A DNA stretch of 64,000 bases from an uncultured bacterium (lineage in GTDB: Bacteria > Omnitrophota > Gorgyraeia > Duberdicusellales > CBEUCJ01): positions 195,754-259,753 of the forward strand of contig CBEUCJ010000001.1 of the NCBI GenBank assembly GCA_965541615.1. The letters are read 5' to 3'. Positions 53,130 through 63,650 of the stretch are shown here, piece by piece. The stretch's first letter is position 1. Each line of letters begins with the position of its first letter. The notes under the pieces were generated by a model, which saw only the letters and a list, made by a program, of their open reading frames with translations, had not been told where the DNA came from and searched no databases. The translations under genes were made by a program, and so were the position numbers.

Positions 53130-54086
53130 TTGCAAAAGGATTCTGTTATGATAAAAATTTTTTCTATGAGAAAAATACTAATTTTATTCTTCTTGATATT
53201 TTTTTCTCAAACAGTTTTTGCTTTTTGGATATGGAGCCCTAAAACTAAAAAATGGAAGAATCCAAAAATTTCTCCTAAACCTACTGCTCAATCTCAATTC
53301 CAATATGCAAAGGAACTTTTTGATAAGAAAGAATACTTGAGAGCAATTAAAGAGTTCCAAAAAGTAGAAAAGTATTTTAAAGGATCTAAAAAAGCAAGTT
53401 TAGCTCTTTACTATATAGGAGTATGTTATGAGAATCTAAAAGAAGATTTAAAAGCTTTTAAAGTATACAAAAAACTTTTAGAGAGTTATCCTTTTTTTGA
53501 GAATTTAGAAGAAATATATAAAAGAATGTATGAGATTGGAGAAAGATTAGAAAAGAAAAAAACTCGTAAATTTTTAGGTTTGGAATTAGAGCCTCCAAGT
53601 TTACTAGTTTTTAGGACTTTAGCTGAAGAAGGAGCTCATACTGAGTATGCTATGAAAGCTCTTTATAAAGAAGGTATAATTTTAATGAGATTGAATAAGT
53701 TTCTGGAAGCTCAAAGATGTTTTAAAAAGATTACAGAAGAGTACTCAGATAGCAAGTTAGCAAAACTCTCTAAATTCTGGTTAGCTTTATGTAAAATAAA
53801 GAGTTCTCCCAAAATTGAGTATGCTCAACAGGATTTAGAATCTGCTGAGAAACTTTTGAAAGAGTTTTTGTCTGAGTGCTCTGAAAAAGAGTTAATAGAG
53901 TCTGCAAAGAAAGAATTAAAATTTTTGAGAGGAAAGATAGCTGAGAAGAATTATAAAATAGCTCAATTTTACGAGTCTCAAAAAGCATTTAACTCTGCAA
54001 AGATTTACTATGAGTACATAATAAAGAATTTTCCTGATACTGAATGGGCAAAAAAAGCCAAAGAAAAATTAAAGCAGTTACCATGA
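53130..54086 (+). CDS. TPR-repeat protein (BamD/YfiO-like), secreted
   Basis: Signal peptide without lipobox Cys; TPR-like helices (YAKELFDKKEYLRAIKEFQKV...). Confidence 0.3.
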   Translation: MQKDSVMIKIFSMRKILILFFLIFFSQTVFAFWIWSPKTKKWKNPKISPKPTAQSQFQYAKELFDKKEYLRAIKEFQKVEKYFKGSKKASLALYYIGVCYENLKEDLKAFKVYKKLLESYPFFENLEEIYKRMYEIGERLEKKKTRKFLGLELEPPSLLVFRTLAEEGAHTEYAMKALYKEGIILMRLNKFLEAQRCFKKITEEYSDSKLAKLSKFWLALCKIKSSPKIEYAQQDLESAEKLLKEFLSECSEKELIESAKKELKFLRGKIAEKNYKIAQFYESQKAFNSAKIYYEYIIKNFPDTEWAKKAKEKLKQLP

Positions 54087-54583
54087 GAAAACTTTGTTTA
54101 CTTTTAGTTTTATGTGGTTGTGGATACACAATTTTAACTGTAAAAAACATAGAATCTTTACAATTAGTCCCATTTGAAAATAGAGTAAAAATTACCACAC
54201 ATTCACAAAATTATTCTCAGACTCAAGTTTATCCTGTAGGATTAGAAGATAAAATAACAAAGTTCTTGAAAAAAGAAATCTTAACAAAGACCAATCTAAA
54301 ATTAGTCCAAGATTCACAAGTCTTGCTTAAAGGGTATATAAAAGATTTTAAAAGATACCCTTTAACTTACACTGAATCTGAAGATGTTGATCAATATAGA
54401 ATAATCTGTGTTTGTAGAATAACTTTGACAGATAGAGATAAAGTAATTTTAGATAAAAATGTAACAGAAGATTTTGTCTTTTGTGTAAGAGGAGAAAATT
54501 CTATAAGTTTTAAAGAAGCTGAGACTATCATAGCTGAAAGAATAGCTGAAAAAATAACTGAAGTCCTAAGGTACACATGGTAA
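54044..54583 (+). CDS. LptE-like LPS-assembly lipoprotein
   Basis: Lipobox LLVLCGCG; ~180 aa; position between leuS-region genes and holA, mirroring the enterobacterial leuS-lptE-holA arrangement. Confidence 0.35.
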   Translation: MGKKSQRKIKAVTMRKLCLLLVLCGCGYTILTVKNIESLQLVPFENRVKITTHSQNYSQTQVYPVGLEDKITKFLKKEILTKTNLKLVQDSQVLLKGYIKDFKRYPLTYTESEDVDQYRIICVCRITLTDRDKVILDKNVTEDFVFCVRGENSISFKEAETIIAERIAEKITEVLRYTW

Positions 54584-55239
54584 GAAATGTGATAATTTTA
54601 ATAGGAGAAAATAATCAAAGTAAAAAAAGATTCATAGAAAAGATTAGAAAAGAACTAATTCCTAATTCTTTAAAGGAATTAAACATTAATACTTACTTTC
54701 CTGAAGATTTAAATAAAGAAAAACTCTTGGAAATTTTAAATACAGTAACTTTTTTTGGTAAAAAAATAATCATAATCAATAGAGCTCAAGATTTGTCTGA
54801 AGATTTAAAGAAGCTAATTATACAAAAGGTAGAGACTCTAAAAGAAGATAAAATCTTAATCCTGAACTTTGAAGAATCAGAGCGTTTGGTATTAGAAGAA
54901 GATATTCTGTATTCAGCTGTTTCTAAAAAAGCAAAGGTTTACAAAATGGGATTAAGAAAAAAGATGAACCTTTCTTCTTTTTCAAAATCTTTTCAAAATT
55001 CAGATATAGAAAAAAGTATATACATAATGAACTTTCTGTGTAATCAAACTCCTTCAGTTTCCCAGTTTCAAAAAGAAGTCTGGAAAATTTTAGGTACGAT
55101 AATTAAGAATTATCAAAAATTAAATAAAAAAAATAGAGAAAAACTTTTTGAGATTTTTAAAACCGAGAGGAGATTAAAGAGTTTAAGTTTTAATCCTTTA
55201 AGATTAATAGAATTTTTGATAATTAAATTACTTAGATAA
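54577..55239 (+). CDS. DNA polymerase III delta subunit-like (short HolA)
   Basis: VIILIGENN...TFFGKKIIIINRAQDLSEDLKKLI resembles the HolA N-domain; the comEA-comEC-holA-rpsT neighbourhood is the arrangement found in Bacillus. Confidence 0.4.
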   Translation: MVRNVIILIGENNQSKKRFIEKIRKELIPNSLKELNINTYFPEDLNKEKLLEILNTVTFFGKKIIIINRAQDLSEDLKKLIIQKVETLKEDKILILNFEESERLVLEEDILYSAVSKKAKVYKMGLRKKMNLSSFSKSFQNSDIEKSIYIMNFLCNQTPSVSQFQKEVWKILGTIIKNYQKLNKKNREKLFEIFKTERRLKSLSFNPLRLIEFLIIKLLR

Positions 55240-55497
55240 AAGAAGTTGATTTAGTTTCTTTGCCAATTTGCTCTTTTGACGAGAAGCTTTATTTTTATGG
55301 ATTACTCTTTTTTGAGCTGCCATGTCTAGTTTTTTATATACAACAGATAAGTATTTTTTAGCTTCCTGTAGATTACTTTCTAAAAGTTTTTTGAATTTCT
55401 TTATACTTTCTTTTAGTTCTTTTTTGACTTTTAAATTTCTTAATCTTCTTTTTTGAGCTTTTCTTAAAGCTCTTAATGCAGTTCTTGTTTGAGGCAT
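55228..55497 (-). CDS. rpsT: 30S ribosomal protein S20
   Basis: MPQTRTALRALRKAQKRRLRN...VIHKNKASRQKSKLAKKLNQL. Start set at the internal ATG (55497), which has AAGGAGA 5 nt upstream; the ORF-track start at 55536 is an artefactual extension. Confidence 0.85.
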   Translation of the reverse strand: MPQTRTALRALRKAQKRRLRNLKVKKELKESIKKFKKLLESNLQEAKKYLSVVYKKLDMAAQKRVIHKNKASRQKSKLAKKLNQLLLSK

Positions 55498-55547
55498 TTT
55501 TGTCTCCTTTTGATGTTGAAGGTAAAAATATATCATATTTTAGATAG

Positions 55548-57056
55548 ATGTCAATGAAATTTGAGAGGAGATTTTTAAAAAATTCTCTTTTGTTAAGTAT
55601 AGGAGTAATTTTATCAAGGATAAGTGGATTTTTGAGAGATTTGATTTTAGCTAACTATTTTGGAGTAAAAGGAGTAATTGAAGCTTTTTTTATTTCTCAA
55701 AGGATCCCTAATCTTTTAAGGTATGTTTTAGGAGAAGGGATAGTGAATTCAGCTATTGTGCCTGTATTGAGTAGGTATAAAGATACCAAAGATTTTAATA
55801 AGATCTGTAATTCTTTAATCTTGGTCTTTGGATCTTTAGGTATAGTAATCTCTTTTATGGGAAGTATTTTGGCTCCTTTATTTGTAAAGATTTTGGCTCC
55901 AGGTTTCTTAAAGAATAAAGAGTTATTTTTAATGACTACTAAACTTACAAGGATAACTTTTTTTTATTTTTTCTTTATAACTGTATTTTCTTCTTTTATG
56001 GGAATCTTATTTTGTTTGGGAGAATTTTTTTCTTCTGGTTTTTCTCCTTTTATAGCTAACTTAGTATTAATTTTGGGAATAATATTTTCTGTAAAGTTTT
56101 TAAAATCTCCTATTTACGGAATAGCATGGTTTTTTGTGTTTTCTGGTCTTTTTTATCCTCTAACTCAATTGCTTTTTCTTTTTAAAAGAGGTTTTGTATT
56201 TAATTTGCCTAAAAAAATTTTTTTAAAACCTATAAAAGAAATCGCAAAGTTATCTTTCCAAAGATTATTTCTATTTGCCTTTTGGTATCTTAATAACATC
56301 ATAGATACTATATTTTCTTCTCTCTTTTGGATAGTAGGGAGAGGAGCTGTTTCAGCTATTTATTATTCTCAAAGGTTGATAAGTTTGCCTTTGGGAGTGG
56401 TAGGTTTTTCTTTCTTGGGAGCAGGCACTGCTCAACTTTCAGAATATGTAAGTAAAGAAGATATTTCTAAATTTCAAGATGTATTTAGTTATTCTTTAAG
56501 ATTATTGAGTTTTTTAATTATTCCTCTTAGTTTTGTCTATATTCTTTTCCCTGATTCTATAATAAGATTATTGTTCGAAAGAGGTAAATTTACTCCAGAT
56601 TCTACATTCTTTGTAAGTTGGCCTTTGATCTTTTATTCTTTTGGTCTTTATTTTTTTTCAATAAACTATCTCCTCAATTCTTTTTTCTTTTCACACTGTG
56701 ATTTAAAGACTCCTTTAAAGATATCTTTTTTTTCTTTCTTGTTGAACGTAGTTTTGAATCTGATTCTAATATTTCCATTAAGGACTGGAGGGATAGCTTT
56801 ATCTACTAGTTTGACAGCTTTTTTTAGATTCTTGTGGTATATTTTTATAATAAAGAAGAGAGGAGTAAATTTTAAAGGTTTTTTTTCTTATGTAAGTAAG
56901 ATAACTTTGTTGAGTTTTGTAATAGGAGTTTTAATATTTTATCTCTCTAAAAAACTTAACTTTATTAATTGTATTTTTTTAGGAGCAATTTTCTATATAT
57001 TTACATCTTTCATTTTGGGATTATTTCCTGTCAGATATGGAGAAAGAAAAGTTTAA
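55548..57056 (+). CDS. murJ: lipid II flippase MurJ (MviN)
   Basis: ILSRISGFLRDLILANYFGVKGVIEAFFISQRIPNLLRYVLGEGIVNSAIVP is the canonical MurJ N-terminus; ~14 TM. Confidence 0.85.
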   Translation: MSMKFERRFLKNSLLLSIGVILSRISGFLRDLILANYFGVKGVIEAFFISQRIPNLLRYVLGEGIVNSAIVPVLSRYKDTKDFNKICNSLILVFGSLGIVISFMGSILAPLFVKILAPGFLKNKELFLMTTKLTRITFFYFFFITVFSSFMGILFCLGEFFSSGFSPFIANLVLILGIIFSVKFLKSPIYGIAWFFVFSGLFYPLTQLLFLFKRGFVFNLPKKIFLKPIKEIAKLSFQRLFLFAFWYLNNIIDTIFSSLFWIVGRGAVSAIYYSQRLISLPLGVVGFSFLGAGTAQLSEYVSKEDISKFQDVFSYSLRLLSFLIIPLSFVYILFPDSIIRLLFERGKFTPDSTFFVSWPLIFYSFGLYFFSINYLLNSFFFSHCDLKTPLKISFFSFLLNVVLNLILIFPLRTGGIALSTSLTAFFRFLWYIFIIKKRGVNFKGFFSYVSKITLLSFVIGVLIFYLSKKLNFINCIFLGAIFYIFTSFILGLFPVRYGERKV

Positions 57057-58257
57057 AGAACTTCCTTCTAAATGTGGAGTATATATTTTCAAAGATAGTA
57101 AAGGAAAAGTCTTATATGTAGGTAAAGCCAAAAATATTAAGGAAAGAGTAGCTAACCATTTTTCTTCAAAAGATCCCAAGCACGTTCTTTTAATAGAGAA
57201 GACTAAATACATAGATTATTATCTCTGTCCTACAGAACCCCAAGCTTTATTATTAGAGCAAGCTTTAATTAAAGAAAATTCTCCTCCTTTTAACATAGAG
57301 CTAAGAGATGATAAAAGTTATCCTTATGTAAGAATAAGTTTAGATGAGTTTCCTTCAATAAGCATCGTTAGACCAAAGGATAAAACAGATGCTTTGTATT
57401 TAGGACCTTTTACAAATAAAAAAATATTGAGACAAGCTCTAAATTTTATAAGAAAGATCTTTCCTTTTAGGACTTGCAAAAGAATGAAGAAGAAAGCGTG
57501 TTTAAACTACCATTTAAATCTATGTCCTGCTCCTTGTCAAAATAAAATTAAGAAAGAAGATTATAATAAAAACATAAAGAGAATAATAAAAATATTAAAA
57601 GGGGAAAGAAGAGATTTAATTCAAGAACTAGAAAATGAGATGCAAAAGTTAGCTAAAGAATTGAGATTTGAAGAGGCAGCTATTTTGAGAGAAAAGTTGA
57701 AAGCTTTGTTAGCTATATACGAAGGAATGAGAGGCTATATTCAGGAAGCTACACTTTTAAAAGATATTTTAGGATTAAAAAAGCTTCCTAGGATAATAGA
57801 AGGTTTTGATGTTTCAAATTTAGGGGGGAAGTTAGCTTGTGGGGCTATGGTAAGATTTGTAGAAGGAGAACCTGATAAATCTAACTATAGAAGGTTTAAG
57901 ATAAAACAAGCTTTTACTAAATCTGATTTAGATATGTTAGCTGAAATAGTAAGAAGAAGATATACTAGACTTTTAAAAGAAAAAAAAGAACTCCCAGATT
58001 TGATATTGATAGATGGAGGTTTAGCCCATTTACATACAGCAAAAAGAGAACTCAAAAAATTAGGTTTAGATATCTATGTAATATCTATTGCTAAAAAAGA
58101 AGAAAAGATTTATACTGATTTGAGAGAGGAACCTTTAATTTTACCTAAAAATTCTCCTGGTTTGCAGTTGATTCAAAGAATAAGAAATGAAGCACACAGA
58201 TTTTCAAAAGATTATCACAAAATTTTACAGAGAAAATCTCTTTACAGAAAAGATTAA
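57037..58257 (+). CDS. UvrC-like excinuclease (GIY-YIG + UVR domains), short form
   Basis: GVYIFKDSKGKVLYVGKAKNIKERVANHF (GIY-YIG); Cys cluster CKRMKKKACLNYHLNLCPAPC; UVR domain ELENEMQKLAKELRFEEAAILREKL. It lacks the C-terminal HhH region of full-length UvrC. Confidence 0.55.
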   Translation: MEKEKFKELPSKCGVYIFKDSKGKVLYVGKAKNIKERVANHFSSKDPKHVLLIEKTKYIDYYLCPTEPQALLLEQALIKENSPPFNIELRDDKSYPYVRISLDEFPSISIVRPKDKTDALYLGPFTNKKILRQALNFIRKIFPFRTCKRMKKKACLNYHLNLCPAPCQNKIKKEDYNKNIKRIIKILKGERRDLIQELENEMQKLAKELRFEEAAILREKLKALLAIYEGMRGYIQEATLLKDILGLKKLPRIIEGFDVSNLGGKLACGAMVRFVEGEPDKSNYRRFKIKQAFTKSDLDMLAEIVRRRYTRLLKEKKELPDLILIDGGLAHLHTAKRELKKLGLDIYVISIAKKEEKIYTDLREEPLILPKNSPGLQLIQRIRNEAHRFSKDYHKILQRKSLYRKD

Positions 58258-58531
58258 ACTCACTCAATTTCAAAAAAAAGTTTTAAAAGAAGTACTAAAA
58301 ATTCCTTTAGGAGAGACTCTGAGTTACAAAGAGTTAGCTAAAAGAATAGGACATCCAAGAGCTTTAAGAGCTGTAGGAAAAGCTTTGAAAGAAAATCCTT
58401 TTCCTTTAATAATTCCTTGCCATAGAGTCGTAAAGTCTTCAGGAGAGTTAGGTGGGTATAGTAAGGGTAAAGAGTTGAAGAAAAAACTATTGGAGTTAGA
58501 AAAAGAGATAAAGAAGATTTTATCTTCTTGA
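58187..58531 (+). CDS. methylated-DNA-protein-cysteine methyltransferase (Ogt/MGMT) C-terminal domain protein
   Basis: FQKKVLKEVLKIPLGETLSYKELAKRIGHPRALRAVGKALKENPFPLIIPCHRVV (PCHRV active site). 114 aa, so no N-terminal domain; overlaps the 3' end of the uvrC-like gene by ~70 nt. Confidence 0.65.
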   Translation: MKHTDFQKIITKFYRENLFTEKIKLTQFQKKVLKEVLKIPLGETLSYKELAKRIGHPRALRAVGKALKENPFPLIIPCHRVVKSSGELGGYSKGKELKKKLLELEKEIKKILSS

Positions 58532-58566
58532 AAAAATTCTAACTGAATCATAAAATAACTTTTGAA

Positions 58567-59649
58567 ATGGACATAATAGATTTATTTCACAAAATGGCAG
58601 AGTTAGATGCTTCAGATTTATTTTTAAGAATAAATTCTCCTCCTAAGATGAGAGTATATTCAGAAGTGGTAGACGTAGGTGATAAAAAGATAACTAAAGA
58701 TGAAATGTATGAGTTGGTAAATCAGATAACAAATGAAGAGAAAAGAAAAACTCTATTTGAACAAAAAGGAGTAGATTTTGCTATCTATATTCAAAATTTG
58801 GGAAGATTTAGAGTCAGCTTATTTATTCAGAGAAATACGCCTGCTTTAGTAGTTAGAAGAGTAAAAGAAAAAATATTTAATTTTGAAGAGTTGAATTTAC
58901 CTTCAGAAGTTTTGAAAAAATTATGTAAAGAGAAAAGAGGTTTAATTTTAGTTACAGGAGCTACAGGTTCAGGAAAATCTACCACCATTGCTAGTATGAT
59001 AAACTATATAAATAGTTTTAGAAAATGTCATATTTTAACTTTAGAAGAGCCTATAGAATTTATATTTAAAGATGACCAAGCTATTATAAACCAGAGAGAG
59101 ATAGGTTTAGATGTTAAAGATTACAAAAGTGCTTTAAGACAATTTGCTCTCCAGAGCCCTGATGTAATTTACATAGCTAACATAAGAGATACAGAGACCA
59201 TGTCTGCAGCTTTGACTGCTGCTGAGACAGGAGTTTTAGTTTTTTCTACACTCCATACAATTAATGCTTACCAGACTGTACAGAGGATAATTAACTTTTT
59301 CCCTCCCTATCAGCACAATCAAGTTCTTTTGCAACTTTCACTCTTATTAAAAGGAGTAATTTCTTTGAGATTAATAAAAAGAGCAGATACTCAAGGTATG
59401 ATTCCAGCTTACGAGATTATGACTTTGAGTCCAACTATCTCTAGACTTTTAAGAGAAGCAAAGATTTGGGAAATCCCTAGATACATAGAAGAAGGAGATA
59501 TTTATGGAATGATAAGCTTTAAAAAGTGTCTGATAAGATTAGTAAGAGAAGGAAAAATTACCCCTCAATCAGCCTTAGAATATGCAGATAGTAAAGAAGA
59601 TATGCGAATAGAGTTAAAAAATATATTAAATATAGATGTAGAAAGATGA
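58567..59649 (+). CDS. pilT: twitching motility ATPase PilT
   Basis: LILVTGATGSGKSTTIASM; IANIRDTETMSAALTAAETGVLVFSTLHT; ~360 aa without an N-terminal T2SSE_N domain. Confidence 0.8.
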   Translation: MDIIDLFHKMAELDASDLFLRINSPPKMRVYSEVVDVGDKKITKDEMYELVNQITNEEKRKTLFEQKGVDFAIYIQNLGRFRVSLFIQRNTPALVVRRVKEKIFNFEELNLPSEVLKKLCKEKRGLILVTGATGSGKSTTIASMINYINSFRKCHILTLEEPIEFIFKDDQAIINQREIGLDVKDYKSALRQFALQSPDVIYIANIRDTETMSAALTAAETGVLVFSTLHTINAYQTVQRIINFFPPYQHNQVLLQLSLLLKGVISLRLIKRADTQGMIPAYEIMTLSPTISRLLREAKIWEIPRYIEEGDIYGMISFKKCLIRLVREGKITPQSALEYADSKEDMRIELKNILNIDVER

Positions 59650-60743
59650 AAGCTCAGATTTTAGAAAAGATAAAAGAATTAGAAAAGTTATTTAATGATT
59701 TAAGAAAGGTTATAGATGAATCTCTTTTAAAAGAAAAAATAAATTCTATTCAAAATGAGATGGCAAGAGAGAACTTCTGGGAAAATCAAAAAACAGCCAA
59801 TAAGAAGATTAAAGAACTGAAAAGAGCAAAATCTTTATTAGAACCCTTTAATGAAATTAAAAGAGGTTTGGAAGATAATAAAGAATTTGTGAATTTAGTT
59901 TCAGAAGATGATATTCAATTTTTGACTCAAATAGAAAAGGAGCTAACATCTCTTTTAAAAAAAGCTAAAAACTTAAAATTAGAGGTCCTTCTTGATGGAG
60001 AGTATGACCAAAATAATGCTATTTTGAGTATAAATTCAGGAGCAGGAGGTATAGATGCTTGTGATTGGGCTCAAATTTTGTTGAGGATGTATACAAGATG
60101 GGCTGAAGACAAAAACTATGAAGTTAAGACTTTAGATATTTTGTATGAACCAGAAGCAGGCATTAAAAATGCAGTCCTTTACATAAAAGGACTTTATGCT
60201 TATGGATTTTTAAAATCTGAAACAGGAGTCCATAGATTGGTGAGGATTTCTCCTTTTGATGCTAATAAAAGAAGGCACACCTCTTTTGCTTCAGTGGAAG
60301 TCATACCCGAAATAGAAAAAGATATAGATATTCAAATTAGAGAAGAAGATTTAAAGATAGAGACTTTTAGAAGTTCAGGACCTGGTGGCCAACACGTTAA
60401 TGTTACAGATTCTGCAGTAAGGATTACTCACATCCCTACTCAGATCACAGTGACTTGCCAAAATGAACGTTCTCAATATCAAAATAAACAGATGGCTTTA
60501 AAAATTTTAAAGGCTAAGTTATTTGAATTAGAACAAAAAAAGATTAAAGAAAAAATAGAAAGCATAAAACCTCAAAAGATGAAGATAGAATGGGGTTCAC
60601 AGATTCGTTCTTATATTTTGCATCCCTACACTTTAGTAAAAGACCATAGGACAAATTTTGAGACTCCAAAAGTGGAAGAAGTTTTAGATGGAAAAATAGA
60701 TGATTTTATAGAAGCTTATCTATTAAAATCCAAGAATGCTTAA
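59646..60743 (+). CDS. prfB: peptide chain release factor 2
   Basis: SPF tripeptide ([13 protein letters not shown]); GGQ ([21 protein letters not shown]); full length in a single frame. Confidence 0.8.
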   Translation: MKAQILEKIKELEKLFNDLRKVIDESLLKEKINSIQNEMARENFWENQKTANKKIKELKRAKSLLEPFNEIKRGLEDNKEFVNLVSEDDIQFLTQIEKELTSLLKKAKNLKLEVLLDGEYDQNNAILSINSGAGGIDACDWAQILLRMYTRWAEDKNYEVKTLDILYEPEAGIKNAVLYIKGLYAYGFLKSETGVHRLVRISPFDANKRRHTSFASVEVIPEIEKDIDIQIREEDLKIETFRSSGPGGQHVNVTDSAVRITHIPTQITVTCQNERSQYQNKQMALKILKAKLFELEQKKIKEKIESIKPQKMKIEWGSQIRSYILHPYTLVKDHRTNFETPKVEEVLDGKIDDFIEAYLLKSKNA

Positions 60744-63627
60744 AAATATAATTTTAAAAATTACACAAAGAAAAATAGATAGGTTATCACCTAAAGTAAA
60801 TATAAAACTCAATAAAGAGATACCTATACCCTGTTGTTTAGAGATTAAAAAATTAGCTCCTTTAGTAAGTTATATTAATAGTCTAGAAGAAAAGTTTTCT
60901 AAACTTTCAGATTCAGAGTTAAAGGAATACACATTCAAGTTCAAAAAATTAATAGAAGATGAGAGAAAAAAATACCCTCCTCATCTTACAAAAGAAGAGA
61001 TCTTTAAAGAAGATCAAAAAATATTAGAAAAGATTCTGCCTGAATGCTTTGCTTTAGTGAGAGAAGCAGCCAAAAGGACCATAAAGATGAGACATTTTGA
61101 TGTTCAGATTTTAGGAGGTATAGTCTTACATCAAGGCAAAATAGCAGAGATGGCTACAGGTGAAGGAAAGACTCTTGTAGCTACATTACCTGCTTTTTTG
61201 AATGCTTTATCAGGTTTTGGAGTCCATATTGTGACTGTAAATGATTATTTAGCAAAGCGTGATAGAGAATGGATGGGACCAATCTATGAGTTTTTAGGTT
61301 TAAAGGTAGGAGTAATATACCATGGAATGAGTCATTATGAAAGAAAAAAAGCTTACCAGGCTGATATTACTTATGGAACTAACAATGAATTTGGATTTGA
61401 TTATTTAAGAGATAATATGGTAACTGATCTTTCTGAATGTGTACAAAGAGGTCATTTTTATGCTATAGTAGATGAAGTAGATTCTATATTAATAGATGAA
61501 GCCAGAACTCCTCTAATAATCTCAGGTCCTGCAGAGGAGTCTACACAAAAATATTACATTGCTGATAAAATAGCACGCAAGTTAAAAGGAAGAAAAATAT
61601 TAGAAAAGGATGAAGTAGAAGCAAAGTATAAAGGCATAGATTTAGAAAAAGGTGTTGACTACATATTTGATGAGAAGACTCAAAATGTGAGTCTTACTGA
61701 GGAAGGTATAAAAAAGTGTGAAGAGTACTTGGGAATAGATCTTTTTAAAGATTTAGAAAACCAATGGGTCCATCATATAATTCAAGCTATAAGAGCACAT
61801 GAAGCTTTTAAGAGAGATAGAGATTATATAGTTAAAGATGGGAAAGTAATAATTGTAGATGAATTCACAGGTAGATTGATGCCAGGAAGAAGGTGGTCAG
61901 ATGGTTTGCATCAAGCAATTGAGGCAAAAGAAGGTTTAAAGATAGAGAGAGAAAATCAAACTTTAGCTACAATTACTCTGCAGAATTATTTTAAAATGTA
62001 TCAGAAATTAGCAGGTATGACAGGAACAGCTTACACAGAAGCTAATGAATTTAAACAGATTTATAATTTAGATGTGGTAGTCATTCCTACAAACAAACCT
62101 TTAAGACGTACTAATTTTCCTGATGTTATATACAAGACCGAAAAAGAAAAATTTCAAGCAGTAGTTAATGAAATTCAAGAGTTATACAAAATAGGAAGAC
62201 CTGTTTTAGTAGGGACTACTTCTATTGAGAAATCTGAAAGGCTAAGTGAGATGTTAAAAAAGTTAAAGATACCTCATCAAGTTTTAAATGCAAAGTACCA
62301 TGAAAAAGAAGCTTACATTGTAGCTCAGGCTGGAAGATATAAAGCTGTTACCATAGCTACTAATATGGCTGGGCGTGGTACAGATATTTTATTAGGAGGG
62401 AATCCTGAGTATTTAGCTAAATGGGAATTATTGCAAAAAGGTTTAAAGCCTCACACTCCTGAATTTGAGGCTGAATACAAAGTTTTATATGAAAAGTATA
62501 AACAGATAACAGATGCTGAACACAAAAAAGTAGTGGAATTAGGAGGTCTACATGTAATAGGTACAGAGCGTCACGAAGCAAGGCGTATAGATAATCAGTT
62601 GAGAGGAAGAGCTGGTCGCCAAGGAGATCCAGGATCTTCCAGATTTTATGTTTCTTTAGAAGATGATTTAATGAGATTATTCGCTTCAGATAGAATCATG
62701 TTTATTATGGATAAATTAGGTTGGCGAGAAGGTGAGAGATTAGAATCTCCTCTTTTGACTAAATCCATAGAGATAGCTCAAAAAAGGGTAGAGAACTATA
62801 ATTTTGATATAAGAAAACAACTCTTAGAATTTGACAATGTGATGAACAGGCAAAGAGAAGTAATTTATAAGAAAAGAAGAAAAGTTCTAGAAGCAGAAAA
62901 TCTGAAACCAGAGATTTTAGAGATCTTAAAAGATGTGATTGAAGAGAAAGTAGATCTTTTTTGCCCTCCTAAATCTACTATAGATGAATATGATTTGAAA
63001 TCTTTACTGATTTGGGCCAGTTTCAATTTAGGAATAAAAGTCAGTTTAGAAGAGCTTGTAAATAAGAATAATTCTGAGATAAAAGAAATTTTATTTAAAA
63101 AAGCTTTGGCTTTTTATGAAGAGAAAGAGAAAAGGTTAGGTCCTGAAATGAGAAAGATTGAAAAGATGATTTATTTATATGCTATAGATTCAAAATGGAA
63201 AGATCACTTATATGGTATAGATTATCTAAAAGAAGGAATTTTTCTAAGAAGTTATGGACACAGAGACCCTTTAGTGGAATTTCAGTATGAAGCTTTTAAA
63301 AGTTTTGAAGAGATGTTAAAAAGAATAGAAGAAAGTTTAATTGAGAATATTTTTAGATTTGAACCTCCTGAAGAATCTAAATTAGTAAGCGTGTTTGAGA
63401 CTCTGCCTCAAGATTTTGTTCATCAAGAGTTTCAGAGTTTTAAAGCAAAAAAAGCAGATTCTGAATCTGCTCAAGATTTAAAAAAACTTTCAGAAAAAAA
63501 GACTCTCAAAGTGATAGTTAGAGAAGGTACTTACAAGAGAGAAGGCAAAAAAATAGGTAGGAATGACCCTTGTCCTTGTGGAAGCGGAAAAAAATACAAA
63601 AAGTGCTGTTATCCAAAGTATGGATAA
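60736..63627 (+). CDS. secA: preprotein translocase ATPase SecA
   Basis: [37 protein letters not shown]; C-terminal zinc motif [13 protein letters not shown]. Confidence 0.9.
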   Translation: MLKNIILKITQRKIDRLSPKVNIKLNKEIPIPCCLEIKKLAPLVSYINSLEEKFSKLSDSELKEYTFKFKKLIEDERKKYPPHLTKEEIFKEDQKILEKILPECFALVREAAKRTIKMRHFDVQILGGIVLHQGKIAEMATGEGKTLVATLPAFLNALSGFGVHIVTVNDYLAKRDREWMGPIYEFLGLKVGVIYHGMSHYERKKAYQADITYGTNNEFGFDYLRDNMVTDLSECVQRGHFYAIVDEVDSILIDEARTPLIISGPAEESTQKYYIADKIARKLKGRKILEKDEVEAKYKGIDLEKGVDYIFDEKTQNVSLTEEGIKKCEEYLGIDLFKDLENQWVHHIIQAIRAHEAFKRDRDYIVKDGKVIIVDEFTGRLMPGRRWSDGLHQAIEAKEGLKIERENQTLATITLQNYFKMYQKLAGMTGTAYTEANEFKQIYNLDVVVIPTNKPLRRTNFPDVIYKTEKEKFQAVVNEIQELYKIGRPVLVGTTSIEKSERLSEMLKKLKIPHQVLNAKYHEKEAYIVAQAGRYKAVTIATNMAGRGTDILLGGNPEYLAKWELLQKGLKPHTPEFEAEYKVLYEKYKQITDAEHKKVVELGGLHVIGTERHEARRIDNQLRGRAGRQGDPGSSRFYVSLEDDLMRLFASDRIMFIMDKLGWREGERLESPLLTKSIEIAQKRVENYNFDIRKQLLEFDNVMNRQREVIYKKRRKVLEAENLKPEILEILKDVIEEKVDLFCPPKSTIDEYDLKSLLIWASFNLGIKVSLEELVNKNNSEIKEILFKKALAFYEEKEKRLGPEMRKIEKMIYLYAIDSKWKDHLYGIDYLKEGIFLRSYGHRDPLVEFQYEAFKSFEEMLKRIEESLIENIFRFEPPEESKLVSVFETLPQDFVHQEFQSFKAKKADSESAQDLKKLSEKKTLKVIVREGTYKREGKKIGRNDPCPCGSGKKYKKCCYPKYG

Positions 63628-63650
63628 ATTTTTTATTAAGCATTTGCTGT

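Noticed and set aside
53130-54086. Calling the TPR protein BamD
   Set aside because: There is no lipobox cysteine after the signal peptide, and TPR proteins are too generic, so it is kept as a low-confidence BamD/YfiO-like call only.
59646-60743. Looked for the programmed +1 frameshift site (CTT TGA C) typical of prfB
   Set aside because: RF2 (SPF and GGQ motifs present) is encoded in one uninterrupted 365-codon frame. There is no in-frame early UGA and no CUUUGA motif near codon 25, so no recoding site here.
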